64,000 nt of DNA from Tubulanus polymorphus (taxonomy: Eukaryota > Animalia > Nemertea): contig NC_134030.1 of assembly GCF_964204645.1 (NCBI RefSeq), positions 4,754,778-4,818,777 of the forward strand, given 5' to 3'. Position numbers and translations under genes: made by a program. Under the pieces are notes generated by a model. That model worked only from the letters and a program-made list of their open reading frames with translations, had not been told where the DNA came from and did not search any database. This document shows positions 27,401 through 41,627 of the stretch, in pieces. Position 1 is the first letter of the stretch. Each line of letters begins with the position of its first letter.

Positions 27401-30400
27401 GACAATCCCTATTTCAAGATTAAGAAAAATAAATTTTCTCAAAGAGCGTCAAAGGGCGTCGTTGTAACGATGCACTTTTTTCGCGTCGCGACCAGACGAA
27501 GGATCGGCCGCTCGAAGTTCGGTGTCATCGAACAAAACCCGACTGCCGATAAAATACACCACCGACGACAATACGAACCAAACACCCGACAACAATAAAC
27601 CAACAACTTATACCGATTAATAGTTACCCCCGCTGCCTCGCTCAAATTACCCTCGCCTAGACACCGCCTACCGTCGAATCTGTCTTTGAAAATTGAAAAA
27701 GATTTATTCATTCGCGTTCGAAAGGGCGATGAAAAAAAATCTGGAAGCGACGATGAGATTTCAATGAAACTCATTATATTCGGCTGAGAAAATCAACCAA
27801 ATGACCCGAACTACGACTGCTGTTCAGCCTCACAGCCAGTCAATAACAAACAAATTGTTGCGTAATTCGTTATGGTGTATTATTTATTATTTTCAATTGG
27901 AGGCATTGACCTACACTATAACCATGAATTTTATAAGCCAAAAATCCTCACATAGCGACCTATTCATTATTAATAAAAATGTTTGCTTCCAAAACACCTC
28001 CAACTAGTGAGAAGAACTGGAATGGAGAAGTTAATGAAAGCTGGACTGGCTAACTTCATAGAAAGATACAACCAGTCCGCACCAAAATATGCATTGATGC
28101 TATCAGTAGTCTTTCCTAATTTGGTCCATGCCAGGAATGGACCAAATGAATGCTGTCCTTTCTAAATCGGACAGGCATAACTTATAATGACTGCATCACG
28201 CGAAAGCAGCTATAGTTTACTCTGATCTCATAAATCCCCGCTTATTCCGGGGGCTGAAGACGACAACGTTCGGAAAAATAATATTTCTTTTATAAGCGAT
28301 GTCAATGACTTCTTATTAAAACAGCTCTCTAGGCAGCTCAACTCGATCAGGCAAATATAAACAAACCGTGTGAAGAAAGTTATTATTAGTAGAAGACACT
28401 ACAGCTGATTTATGACTAAGCTATTGTCTCAGGGCATGAGAATCGACTAACGAATGCAACACCAGCCGCAAATATTAATTAATAAAACTAATTCACAAGA
28501 GGTTTTAATTGATAAATAGCTTTCGATTAACCCTCATACAAACGGAAAGACTTTTGTCGATTTTGCTGTTCATCTTTGTAAGTAGTTTATTACGTGTGTT
28601 TTGCGAAAATGTGGTGTGCCTGATAATAATAGTAGTACATACCCCTTTAGCAGCGATTGCTTTAGGAACGATGATACATCCAGTTTTAAGCCCTAATAAC
28701 ATTAAATGAAATTTTCCTATTTCACAAAAGAGTTTTCGATTGGTTCAGTCGGTTTTTATTTCGAGTCTCGTCTAGCACATGTTACGACATCATGACAGAT
28801 GCGAAATTAAGCCATAAATGCAATAAACGAACTTTGCCACAAACAGTATTAGTTTTTAACCCTTATTCAGGAAGCACACGTGACAGGAAACGATTTCACC
28901 AATCCTTTTAAAAATGGTCACCAAGAAACTGAAACCTTAGAAGTTTCGAATAGTGTTGATAATAATAATTAACTTTCTTATAGAGCGCTTTAATAATTGA
29001 AATAATCACGGCCCTTTACACAAAATATGAAAGCATAAGAATCATAAAGATACAATAAAACATTGAGATATTAAGAAGCAGAAGGTATAAAAAAGCACTT
29101 CAAATGTTGTTCGAAAAAGTTTTAAGATTACGAGGAATTATCAAGGAGTCTTAAAGAAGGCAATTTCAAGGAAGTATCCGTATCACTGTCCGTGTCGTAT
29201 TACCATGGACTCCTACCAAATCACTACTATCTCTATCAGTTGTTTTGTGAACAATTTTTTATCCTTTACGCTACCTAAGCTAAGTGTCTAATTTTGTAAC
29301 TGCCTAATTGGGTAAATAAAATCCTGGTCCCGATTGTACCCTATTGCACTAGGCATGGTCTACTGCATACCTACAAATTAGACAATTGCCAATTACTGAA
29401 AAATTAAGGAGCTTTAAAGGAGTTTCAGGCATTTTGCTCAAATTAGAGGACTTTCAAGCACCTATAAAAAGCACTTTCCATTTTGCAGGAGTTTTCACAC
29501 ATCAGGTTCGAATCCCTGCCGGGGGAGGATGGAGTTTTCAAGGAATCTAGAAGTCGTAGGGCCCCTGACTGGGTATGAAAGGGTTAACAATGGCGTCTGG
29601 TGTCAGTTGACAGTGTGGTTTATTCCTCAGAGCGCCCCCCCCCCGCCCCGACCCCCCCCCCCCCCGACGACATGTTTTACCATCATTAAAGGAATCTCTC
29701 CGCCATTTACGGCATAGAAACATATAACACGGGATACACTGAGAACAGATACCACGCCAGACTTGTCTCAACGGTATGAAAAAAATATCCTTCATTCATT
29801 CATTCATTCATTTCGTTGCATTTGTCCTGATGATGACTCACACACGAGTCTCTCCTCACCGCAGTCTGTCGTAACCATGGTAACTCCTAGAGCAAACGAA
29901 ATCGAATAAACCGGGCCCCTGAGAGCCTCCAGGGTATCTCTCTCATACGACTCTAATAATGCCAGGTGCCGATAATTCGTAACTTTTATAAATGACAACT
30001 TCTTTATAGTTTCCGAATCATCACAAATGCCTTCAGCACTTCTTTTAACATTTCATAAATCTATTTTAAGTTCTGCGCTTAGCTTCCAAAGGAAATCTAA
30101 CAAACGCAAATCTCAAGATTGCAGCAGTTTTCAAATTCTAGCCCTTGGAATTGCATGGACTAAAGCTACAGTCCACAAGAATAACAATTACTCAAGAGGC
30201 AACTCTTCAGAAGCTAATGACGATAATGACATTTTTTTTGTTTTTTCTAAATCAAATATAACCAATCCAATAGTCTGGTCGGAAAAAACCTATCCCAGCA
30301 AAAGCCAATCGTATACTGCTTTTTAAAAAAAATTCTAAAATCTGTACAGTACATACGGGACATATGGTTCTCGGCAGGTTGAAACAATCGAAACGTACTT

Positions 30401-33400
30401 CATTTATTTATAAAACAAACAGAAACATTCCATTGTGCGTCTGTTCACAGTCTATTGAAAATACATCAACTGTATTCATTTGTAACAACCGTATAAAAAG
30501 TTCGCTGAACTCCAAAAAATTCGAGTTTCACGACGGATAGGCCTACAGAAGCGGATCCAGACAGGAACACAAGCTGTCGTAATTTTCCTGTGCCCTTTTG
30601 AAAATACAATGGCATTTTTTCAGAAGACTTTTTCTACCCACAACTAATAAGACAACGGTCCGCAGCATAAGATTTAGGTTGTATTATCTTTAAAGTCCCT
30701 AAAGTGCCTAGAAATTATAAGAAAATGCACGGGAATTTCAAAATTTTCCAGACCCCTCTGTTTTGGCTTGGTACTCGCGCTGCGTTGAAATTTGCCCTTT
30801 TTAACTGTATGCCCTTTTCACTTTTTTGTGTTCCTGTCAAAGTCTGCCTCTGGATGCGCCCATGGTATGAGATGCCCGATGGAAGGGCATCCCTGTATTG
30901 GTGAATTTTGAGGGCATTAGAGACAAATTTGGCCAGTATCTAGGAGGCACACCCGGGTATTTGGCACTGGTGTGAACAGTTGGCCGAGGCCTTATCTGGC
31001 ATGGACAACATTTTGCCAGGTCAAAAAAACTTTAGTGTAATTGCGGCTCGAGGTCATACCGTCACAATTTTCGCTCCAAATGTTACGAATTCGACATTTC
31101 TCCTCATTTTTATCAACTGTCTGCCGCCCAACTAAATTATCATTATTATCAAATAAATACCAGTGGAAAAACAGCGCGGCCAGGTTTTATTTTGGTAACC
31201 TTGAAAGTGATTGTTTTGACAAGGCAGAGGTTATTGCGGTACTTCTTCGAGTGACTGTTGGTTTATTCAGACTGTTTATTAAAACACATTGTTTCGATAT
31301 CTTCGACATCCCTTTTCAATCAGATAATCACTTGCCACAGCCGGCTCACCTTATAACTAATATATAAGTCTTCATCGCACGCGGTTCTTCATCCAAACAT
31401 CATTCACTCGGGAGCAGATTCTTAGCTTTAATCTGAAAAAGATACGTATCTGATGTTTGAAATGTGCTAATGACAGCCACGCTCATTAGAGCGAACATGT
31501 TACATAACAGATGAATTATTTTGACTCATCGCCTTTAAAAATCATCTCGCCGATTTCTACGATATGAAAAGAGAGCGCGACGCGCGATAAGAGAAATTCG
31601 GTTTCTTTCATCGACTGAAATCAGTGACACTTGTTTCTGCCAAACGGATGACAAGAAATCGCGTATGGAATGTCGATGATGTTGCGCGAATTGATGACGA
31701 AATCTTCATTAACTCAGAAAAATATGTACGATGCAGAAAATACGTATTCAGTAAAGAGCAGAGTTTATTCTGTACGTTAGGGTTGGTTCTGTAGGGAAAT
31801 CCAAATGAATTCTGAGGCTGTTCCTTAAAAGCTGCAATCACGAGTACGGCCTTGAATACGCGTGCCAAATGGTCCCGTGCCTACTTGGCCCAACCGATAT
31901 CGTCAGACCAGGCCCGAGGTCAATTTGGCCCGGAACAAATCATCTCCATGTGATCGCAGCTGTAGGTGCCTTTTTGGCGGAAAGCTTCACTTTTGGAATT
32001 AAGAACAACACTAGAATTTTCTGAAGGGCCTGGAAAGAAGGAAAGTCGCACAGAATATCTATTGTAGTAGTAGCCTACGATACAGAATACAGATACGGAA
32101 GTTATTTGGCCTTGCGGCTTGACTCATCAGGAAAGATAATTAAAACCGAGTAACAATACACGAGTAATGAAGCATTAAAATGACCTGGAGACAACAAAGG
32201 CAATCACGGATTGTAATGTGTCCCTCGGGTAAAACAGTCACAGTCACGATGACCTCACTACGCGACATAACACACTGAGTTATAACCGAAATATACACAG
32301 CCAGTTCGACATGTACATCGCGTTGACCAAGCGCTCTTCACCTCAGATCTATGAATTCTAATAATGACTTGTTTTTAGTCTCTGCTCATCAGGATAACTT
32401 ACTTATCAAACCGAACTAGCCGAGCTTTATCAATACTGGCCTCAAGCCTAAAGCCAAGTTCAGGTGGAATCTTGAGGGGTAGTTTCACAGTCGTAGCTTA
32501 GAATCAAGACCAGTATTAGAACACCTTACTTCTAACAACTTAAAAGACTCCTAGTCTTGAAATTCAAGACCACTGTTGGACTTAAGACAACAAGATGAGA
32601 ACCTTCGTTCACAACTCAGTTTGTCACAAATTGGGTCTGACTAATAACTGTTTTCCAATTTACCGAATAAGGCACACATTTTCAAGTGTACTTTTCTTAG
32701 CCAAGCGCAGTAAGAGTATAGAAATATAGAATAGAAAAGGGTTAAAACTGGCAATTTATTTGATGCTTAATGCGACGTGTAATAACAGTTTTCTAGTTGA
32801 ATTGCTAACAGTAACCGGCCAAATCGTTATACCTAATATCCGCTCTGTCAAGGCTACCAGGAGATGTATTCTACCTTAGACACGCCCGCAGAGAAAAAAT
32901 ACATTCCTAATAACAGTTGGCATATTTGTTCATTGAATTCACCGATCGAGCTACGGTGGTCCCAAAACCCGCCAGAAGGCACCGCATAGTTTAAGCTCCA
33001 ATGATTAAGTTGATTCATTACTTCAGACAACTTAAAAAGCTTTTAATTTAATGCCTCGCAAATATTTCCATAGCTGAGAAAAAATTAAGCGCTGGAAAAA
33101 ACTATACCAATCCACATGTTTATTGCGCCTAACAGTCTGATTTTCTAATGGGGTACCATGAGGTATATAATCCACCCACCCTACAGCCGCCATCACATGA
33201 GTGTCTCCGGCTCAGGACAAATTGGACCCAAAACCACGGTGGTACACACGGGTGCCAAATTTGGTCCTAGTATGTATTAAGTGGTTTATGTGTGAATGCA
33301 CTCTCTAATAAGCCTTTTTACAGTTTCGAGGCACCATTTTTTGGGGTACCCGCTGGGTCCGCATTGTTGAATTTTTTGTCCCTATTTCCCCCCCCCCCCC

Positions 33401-35142
33401 CCCCCGTTTAATGTTTTTATTTCGTTCATATCTCTGGATTGGATTAAGATAGAAACAAAACAAAGAAGAAATATCAGATGAACTCAGTTGATAATTAAGT
33501 TTTTTATGATATTACTCAATCATAATGCAACAATACGCGCAGGTGAAGCTATAAACATTGATATCGTCTTATTAGGAACGAGCCAAATTCGACTCAGGTC
33601 TGATCCGGGCCAAATCATCCCCGTGTGATCATAGCTTATATTGCTTTTAACCCGTGGTGCAGTGTATCCATGTTATTATTGATTAGGCCTAGTTTAAATA
33701 TATATTGAAAGATGGCAGCACCTGTCCATCATGTGAAATATTAGGATACACCGCACAGTGGGGTAGGTCTACATAGTGGCATCCCCATCACAAATACATC
33801 GCACCAGGGTGAAGTTTTCCAAAATCATCAAATCATCTCCAGCATTTTAGGGTTAGAAGCTGTCAGCACTGAAAGGGTTAAGTAGCTTTTAACAGCAGAT
33901 CTGATATGAAAATGTCTAATATCTGAAGTCTAAAGTCTGAATTCGAAGATCTCTCGTCTTCATCTACATAAAATGATTCAGACGACGCATCAAAATCATT
34001 AGAATCTCGAACTAAATTTAATCACCATCGTCATCACCGTGGAAACGTAACAATTATACGGCGTTATACGAATAGATACGAAGACCGAAGTCGGACTATC
34101 TCGAAATTAATAGTCAATACAATGACAATTTCATGCGTTAATAAATGCAAGATAATTCGGTTTAAGAATATCGCGCGTCGGGGAAAACTATGAATAATAA
34201 TGACACCAGCGCGCTGTCGCGGGTGAGTCAAAAACTTGTCAGTGAAAATCCGGCAAGTTTTCGAAAACTATTCCGACGAGATGATCATAGTTTATGCTAC
34301 GATTATTGGTGAGAGATGATTGAAAATGTAGAAAACCATAAAAGCATATACATTACAAATAGATAACAACGATTAAACCTTGGAAGTAATCATTAATGAC
34401 ATACTTGTAAAATGGTTAATGAAATGACACACTTATAACTGCATTTCATTCCCATTGGTTTTCGCTTTTAGTGAGGAAATGAATCTACAATGCTTTCAAA
34501 TTTTCAAAATTTTCTTGGGGAGGATTGTGGCACTTGCAATTGCTGGCTGTACCGGCAAATGAGTTCCATCCAACCTATATTCGCACCATCCTACCCCCTC
34601 CTAAAAAAATACAGCGTATATGGGCCCGCTTACCATAACAAGTATAGGTTGGACAATTGATATATTTTTTTGCAATAGGCCTACAGAGATTATTACAAAC
34701 ATAGATTGGAACTGGACAGAGATCACATATAGCACATGTCATTATACATTAAGACCTCTGCGATAAAAACTTAGACGTTAAATTTTGGTCACTGAAGTAC
34801 TAGACAATTCGCAAAATTTCTACGGACGTCATTTTCAAGCTTATCGGGAAGAAATGTAGCGTAGTGTCGCGGCGAGCACTTCCACATAAGAGGTGGTTTA
34901 ATGTATGGACACTACAGCAACTACGAATGAGTCACGCCTATCACTCACAGACTTACAGTACCTGGTGACAGTTCACCTTAGAGATTGAGCCACCACAGTA
35001 CTACACCTAACATTAACCATTATCCATCCTGACGACGCAATATTAACCCTTTAATTGCCAATATAACCATACAAGATATCAACCCTTTAATTGCCAATAT
35101 AACCATACAAGATAGATGATGGCTATTACTAAAAAATCCTAA

Positions 35143-35363
35143 GGCTAAACAAAAATGATACCTTGTTTCTCCGCAGCGGCCGGGTCATTTTTGTAAAATA
35201 TGATAAAATTTATAAACAGTTCATTTCTATAGCGGCCGGGTCTGTTATGGTTTAATTGATCACGATTTTAAAAAAAAGTAATGTATAGGGTAGATAGGCG
35301 GCCGACCGGGTCAACATTTAAGCTCAGCAGAGCGGAGAAACAAGGTATCAATTTTGTTTAGCC
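35143..35363. mobile_element. PIF/Harbinger-type MITE
   Basis: TIR GGCTAAACAAAA.TGATACCTTGTTTCTCCGC at both ends, TAA TSD on both sides, internal GCGGCCGGGTC repeats. Confidence 0.8.
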
Positions 35364-37842
35364 TAAAATCAGTTTTTATACTAACCATACAACTTAATTA
35401 ATATACAATACCTTCAAGGGACCAAATAATCTTGTTTGTTATAACCGTTATATCATGTATGAAATGATCAAATAGTGCCATTTAGAGATCAAAATCTAGG
35501 TTTGTAATAACCAGTGTAGCCTATTGCAAAAAAAAACATCGAGCCTTCATAGCATTACAATGCTCAATTTTGGCTGAAACTTCTCTTAAAATCTGCTCGT
35601 TGAAAAGCAAACTATAATCGATACGACTAAGAATATAGAAGAATTGTTTGTTATGAAAACACCTGTCCGTACTGAAATCAGGGAAAACATTTCACGCATC
35701 ATTGATACATTCAATCATCGCAAAATTTCAATCCAATCGAAGATAACGTCAAGAAAAAAATTGCCGCAAGGCGCAAGAATTCCACAGATACTTGAAAGTT
35801 TCAATTTACCAAAAAGGCACTCGATCAATAATCAGAGTACCGCGATTCATTGAGACCCGCAGAGAAATTCTACAGATTGATTTTAATGGGATTTCGATTC
35901 TCCAAATGGTTTATTACTGTGGGCGAATTGCTTAGTACTTTAAGTTAATTTAAGTCAACCAAATCTGCTACAAACGATGATAACAATGCCGGTTTAAATG
36001 TCACTCTGCCAGTAATCCACTGGTTACCTAGTTAAAACTAACATTCGGGCTACTGGACCCCGTTCAGTGGAACTGGGTCCTGGAGCCGGTTCAATAGTCA
36101 GGGCTTAAACATGTCTACGATAATCTTAGTTCTAGAGTTAATCTAACAACATAAGACCAGCCTTAAAGTTTAAGATCATTTTTTGGACTTTAAAGTGGTC
36201 CACCGTGGAAGCGGCCGCTAATTCTCGATTCGTCAAGATCGCATATACGCCTACAAGACAAATATGGAATGAGCACGGATTTAAATGCTTTTGGAACATG
36301 GATGTATCCGCTTTTTACAGTACAAATATTCTCAACAAGTCTCCCCCTACGGTACTATCTGAAATGCATCGCAAACAAATTTCCATCACTTCGTAGTTGT
36401 GTAGAGCGATACAGCAGGACACAGGACAGTAAAAAAAAAACGACTGAGTCACAGAAATGAGCCTGTTGACTCAGCGCACAACGACTCAGTGAGTTGTCCC
36501 GAGCAACCACTTGATAGAGCGGGGTGATTTATTACTGAATATAACCACCACGCAACTCTCAAACTGACAGATAAACTAACTCATAAAACCCCTAATGAAT
36601 TACACACATATCAGCTACGATATTCATTCTTTCCAGACTCACGGGCTTGTGACACAATTTTATTTACTCCAGTATCCTAGGTACCATCCATTAAAAAAAT
36701 TGTGTCTTTTTTATTTCACATCTATAGGATACCGAGTAGGCTAACTGAAGTTGCGTTACAGGTCCCTATGCCACAAAGAAATAGTAGAACGTTAGCCTCC
36801 AGTGACATGACACGTCGCATCATGCAGAATGACTGGTAATAAAGGCTTTGAAGACTCACTGCCTACCACATCACATTTCTATTCTGTAGTATTCAAAATC
36901 ATATAGGGGGCCAAACTTTTAACCAAAATTACTGAATTAAACAGAATAAACACCTTTTATCACATCATTTTTTAGTTCAATATAAGGCAACATATTTTGT
37001 GAGGTATCATTTTGAAGATGAATAACTTTAAAGTTTAGCGCTCAAATTAGATGAAGTTATAACACTTTTTTGGAAGTATGAATTCAGTTTGAAGGGAAGG
37101 GAATATTATACCAATACAGCAGTAGGCCTAACTTTATCAATGATCTAGATCATTACGTTTTTTTCAAACAGTTTTCATGATCAGTTTAATTTGTGTAGGC
37201 CTATCCGTCTATTGATTTGGGAACTAGTCTATAGGCTATGAATTCCTTTTCATTAAAGCAGGACATGCTCCGTTTAACACTTTTCAAACTTGTAGCCAAT
37301 AATGGTTGACTTGCATTCTTATCATATTCATGCATGATTCGATTGTATATTGTAATACATGTAGTAGGCCTAGTAGGCTCTACAGTGTGTAACCGTGTAG
37401 GTTTCTGGAGTCAGTAAGACTCTTTCTTCAGTTTCAGGGCGAATAGACTAATCTAGGATTACTAATGGTCTCAATAGACGTCTCTATTGAAGTTCTATAG
37501 ACCATTTGACTTGTTATTTGAGTTCACACTGAATTTTCGTTATCAAGAAACATATCTATCAATTATATGTCATTGTCATTTTACGCCGAAGCTAAGTAAA
37601 TGTCAACAAAAAAAACAAAAGGTTTGCGTCAGGCGTGAGGTAATTTTATCAAATTCAAATAAAATCAATTCAATTCACCAACAACAACAAAACGCGATCT
37701 TTTCTCTCCAATTAAACAAAAAACATGTAATTAAATAAATGAAAAACACGATTATATGCGACTCAATGATAGATTGATTTCCGTACGGTTTTCAAATTTG
37801 CTTAAAACGACCCAGAAACACTGGAAAATCGAATTTTCTTAC

Positions 37843-38288
37843 CCTATTGTCGATTTCTTAGGATTTCTTTTAGAACTTTTTGTTGTTTATCGAATTCAGC
37901 GCCATCTTGTTTTTCCCGGGGAACTAAGGTGGCAGCATCATCTTACGGAATACTTGTGCCGACATCGTTAATCGTCATTCGCCAATCGTCAATCGCTTTC
38001 GTCATTCGTTGATCGTCGAATGCGTCGCACATGCGCATATACACCGATGTCGGCGCTATTAGCGGCAATTCAAATAATGAAGCAAACCTAAGAGCTGGAT
38101 AAGTATGGAGTACGGAACCGCCGCCTCCCAGAATTCTGCAAAATCATCAATTTATAAAAAAATTTCCTTAGTTTTCCTCCGTGTTTTCATCACAATTTTT
38201 CGTTTGTTGTTTTTTTTTGATAATCCGTCTTAATATTCAATCTATTATTGATTTCTAATTAATTTCTAATTTTAGTATCTTGTAGAAG
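37843..38288. promoter_or_regulatory. Candidate bidirectional promoter: minus-strand first exon (donor 37842) and plus-strand first exon (donor AAG|gtaagt at 38289) feeding ATP-grasp gene A
   Basis: YY1-type AAGATGGCG on the minus strand at 37908-37900, CpG-rich core, TGCGCA motif, and outward-facing consensus donors on each side followed by T-rich intron-like sequence. Confidence 0.4.
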
Positions 38289-40241
38289 GTAAGTACATTT
38301 CAATTTTCAATCTTATGATTTGCAAGTTTAGTTTTTTTTTTCATTTCTCCCATCATTTGAATGAAATTCATCACAATTTTCACACAATCTTACTTTTTTT
38401 CTGCAGTCCTCCCGAGGTTTTATGTGGAAAATACTCAAATGACAAAAAGAATTTTGTGTTATGTTCTGTTCCCTTCCATAAAACGCCTATTAAATAATTT
38501 GATTTTATTTTCATTATTTTTCCTTCGCCCTCCCACTTTTTTGCACGTTTAATTTCTGTATAGTCCGGTAATCATACTGTCTAGATCTTAAGTCCCTAAA
38601 GAGATTTGTCGGTTGTGATATATATTAAGTGTTTCTAAATATTCCAGAAACCACAGTTAATAGATCCAGTTTCCTCTTTAAAGTTCAATTGACTCGTGTT
38701 AAAAGAGTGAACAAAAATAATCTAAGGCTAAAAGTCACACTGAACCGAGAAATGCGGAGGTTGAGTCCGGGACAGTTGGACTGGGTCCACTGAACTGAGA
38801 ACTGTGGAAGTCGAATCTGGGATAGTGGGACTGGGTCTAGGACTGTTTACGACGTACATGGACTTCTAGTTTTTCTTACTTTCCATACATTCATTTTTTT
38901 CAATTTAAAATGTATTTTGTGAAATCCTGTACAGAATACAAGAAAATGAAGTGCGAAGAAATTAAAAGAAAAAAAATAAACATTACAAGTTACAAATAAA
39001 CGAATCTATGTTCTGACGTGCTTGATCAATGATCAAGAGTTACCGCCGTTAGGGACCGAGCAACTCTACCCGTCTGTGGACTGGTTTCCTGTCCAATTCA
39101 ATCTTATCGATCGAAGAAGGAGACCGGTAACCAGTCTATCTTCATCCTAGACCCAGTCTAGCCTTCCTCATAATATCTACAAATGCTATTTAGAGAAATA
39201 GATTTTCAGGAAGGTACGAATATACAATAGCACCCTGATTAACGATTGGCAATAAGTGAATGACGAAAAGTAATTGACGATTGATGATAAGCGATTAATA
39301 GCGAATGACCGCTGACAATGTCGGCGCAGGCCGGTGAACTGAATTGAACGTATTCCGGTATTTTTTTACCTTGTGCTATTTTTATGAGGGATTAATATTA
39401 CCTGTTACCTGTTTAAACCGGTATTATTTGTATAAACGATAGTCCTGTAGATCAACATGAATGAATTTCTATCATATTGTATATTGTATATATTGCATTG
39501 TATTGTTGTGTTAAAAGGACTTGTATATATTGGATATCGTCGCATAATGATCTGGCCCGACCGCGGGTTAATCTTTTAAACCGCATTGGTATCGATTATT
39601 GGCATATGTGCGACGTGTAGTTTTGCATTATATGCGTGTGTGGCTCTCATGTAAAATGTAAGTTCACTTTTATCAAAAAGTAAAACGAGACGGATAGCAC
39701 TTTGTTAATTTTTTATAACTTGTTTTTTTTATAAGTGAGAGCTTTCGAAGGCCTTTTTAATCTCTTGGAATACGGAATTTTTTGAAGAAAACATTGGATG
39801 GCGAAGGGATACAAAATAAGAATGAAATTTCCGGGATCTAACAGATCGAATTTATATATAAATTCGATATAAGACACGAGGAAAGAGAAACGGATTATTG
39901 GCGAACATTTTAATATTTCAAGCCACACCATCAGTAACTTGGAAGTGGTGGCATTACATACAATCTGAACACTTCCAATAAACATTTGCGCGAAATTATG
40001 GAAGAAAAACTCATACTACAATGCAGTGATACTGTGTTAACCAATTAAATCTATATATGTACAGTCTCTTGCCATGACTCTCTGGACTTATTTGCTCGCA
40101 TTTATTATCAATATCTCTCTTTCACCATTACTATCTCTTCCTTTTATGTATATTCAACTCTTTCATAATCTATTTTACTTACATTCATTTTATCGTTGTT
40201 CTGCACTATGAATATTTTGGTTTTAGATATTGACCGAAAGA

Positions 40242-41627
40242 ATGATGGCGGCACCATTGACAAGAATAGCAATTCTATGCTCGGGACGAGAGGAAGAGGC
40301 GTATGCTGAAGATATGCTCGGAAATATTCCACAAGAAATGAAGACGGAAAATGTTAAGTTTGTCAATATCCTGCTGAAAACCGAGGAGAGTCTGCTAGAA
40401 TTTACGCTTCGATGTATAGAGCAAATAAAACGAGAAAACTTCGACTTCGTCATATCATTAACCGACAGTACAGCGGTAGTACACGCTAAAATCCATTCCG
40501 TTTTACCAAAGATTCCCGGTCCGTCGTTGGATTCGGTAATGGCGGCGTTTAACAAGATACACGCACGCAAATTCCTAATGAAAGATGGTGGAGGCGTGAG
40601 GTATACCCACTTAGACGTGAATGCTAGTCCGCAAGATATATCAGATGCCGTCAAACTGGTCGGTTTACCGGCGTTCATTAAGCCAATTTGTTTGCACGAT
40701 TCAATAGGTGTAGCGAAAATCAAGAATGAAAATGATATCAAACCGTGTTTACAAATCATAGAAGAGTCGAAAACACGGTACCGGAGGAACGATTTTATTG
40801 GAGTGGGTGAAATTAGACCTGGTGAAGATGGGGCTATATTGGAAGAATACATCGATTCAAAAGCAATAGCTTCAGTTGAAGGGTGCGTTGCAAATAGAAA
40901 TATCATTCATTGGTCAATAACGGATACGTTGTTTTGGCCCAGCAGACCTAGTGCTGTTCTAGGCTGTACATACCCCCCTCCATTCTCACGCGCTCTTCAA
41001 AATGAAATATGGCATGAATTTGATGATATTGTCGGGCGTATGATTGAACTAGGATTCGACAACCAATTCGTCCACGTTGAAATGTTTATCATGGCCGATA
41101 ATTCGATCAAAATAATCGAAATAAACCATCGCTTGTCGACGGTCGTAGCGCCACTTTACAGAGCGTGTCTTCACGATGGTAACGTAGGGGTCGCTCTGAT
41201 GGAAATGAACCGAGGGATAATTCCGAAACACCCGCGGCCGAACGGGAAGTGTGGTCTCGGTGGACAAGTGGTAACGTTTAAATCTGACTTAGCTAAAGAT
41301 CTTATCGACTTTGAATACGCGAAGTCGATTCCCGATGTTGTTATCATAAAATCACCAAATGAAAATGTAGTTTATCCTGGTGATGATGGTGGATGTTTTA
41401 TAGGTGTCGTCAGCGCCTTTGGTGACAACCATCAAGGTAAACCAATGTATCTGAAATATGTCATGTCAAATATCAAGAATGCATTTACGTATGCCATGAA
41501 TAATTCTACGTTTCTCTTCCACATTTCAGATGCATTCAAAAAGTTTTTGCGCATTTCTAGAATGATTTTGAAACAACCTGAATACAGCCCTTCTGAGATC
41601 ACTGATGGTGAAGGCACTTCTGATTGA
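40242..41627 (+). CDS. ATP-grasp amide/peptide ligase, copy A (L-amino-acid-ligase/carnosine-synthase-like fold); join(40242..41436,41530..41627)
   Basis: Motifs NK..AR, VGLPAFIKP, ILEEYI, HVE.F and IIEINHR (ExNxR) are the ATP-grasp signature. Acceptor ttttag at 40226 before the ATG; 93-nt phase-1 GT-AG intron whose position is conserved in paralogs; AATAAA near 41864. Confidence 0.9.
   Translation: MMAAPLTRIAILCSGREEEAYAEDMLGNIPQEMKTENVKFVNILLKTEESLLEFTLRCIEQIKRENFDFVISLTDSTAVVHAKIHSVLPKIPGPSLDSVMAAFNKIHARKFLMKDGGGVRYTHLDVNASPQDISDAVKLVGLPAFIKPICLHDSIGVAKIKNENDIKPCLQIIEESKTRYRRNDFIGVGEIRPGEDGAILEEYIDSKAIASVEGCVANRNIIHWSITDTLFWPSRPSAVLGCTYPPPFSRALQNEIWHEFDDIVGRMIELGFDNQFVHVEMFIMADNSIKIIEINHRLSTVVAPLYRACLHDGNVGVALMEMNRGIIPKHPRPNGKCGLGGQVVTFKSDLAKDLIDFEYAKSIPDVVIIKSPNENVVYPGDDGGCFIGVVSAFGDNHQGKPMYLKYVMSNIKNAFTYAMNNSTFLFHISDAFKKFLRISRMILKQPEYSPSEITDGEGTSD

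Noticed and set aside
29506-29516. tRNA gene from the B-box GGTTCGAATCC
   Set aside because: No A-box or cloverleaf; lies at the edge of a CAGG-type repeat.
1196-38552. Remaining 60-140 aa ORFs in the left 38 kb
   Set aside because: No recognisable motifs or consistent splice frames; consistent with random intronic ORFs.
40230-41627. 465-aa single-exon model with TTG start, or a bacterial operon or contaminant
   Set aside because: A splice acceptor precedes ATG 40242, the intron position is conserved across paralogs, and animal TEs are interleaved.
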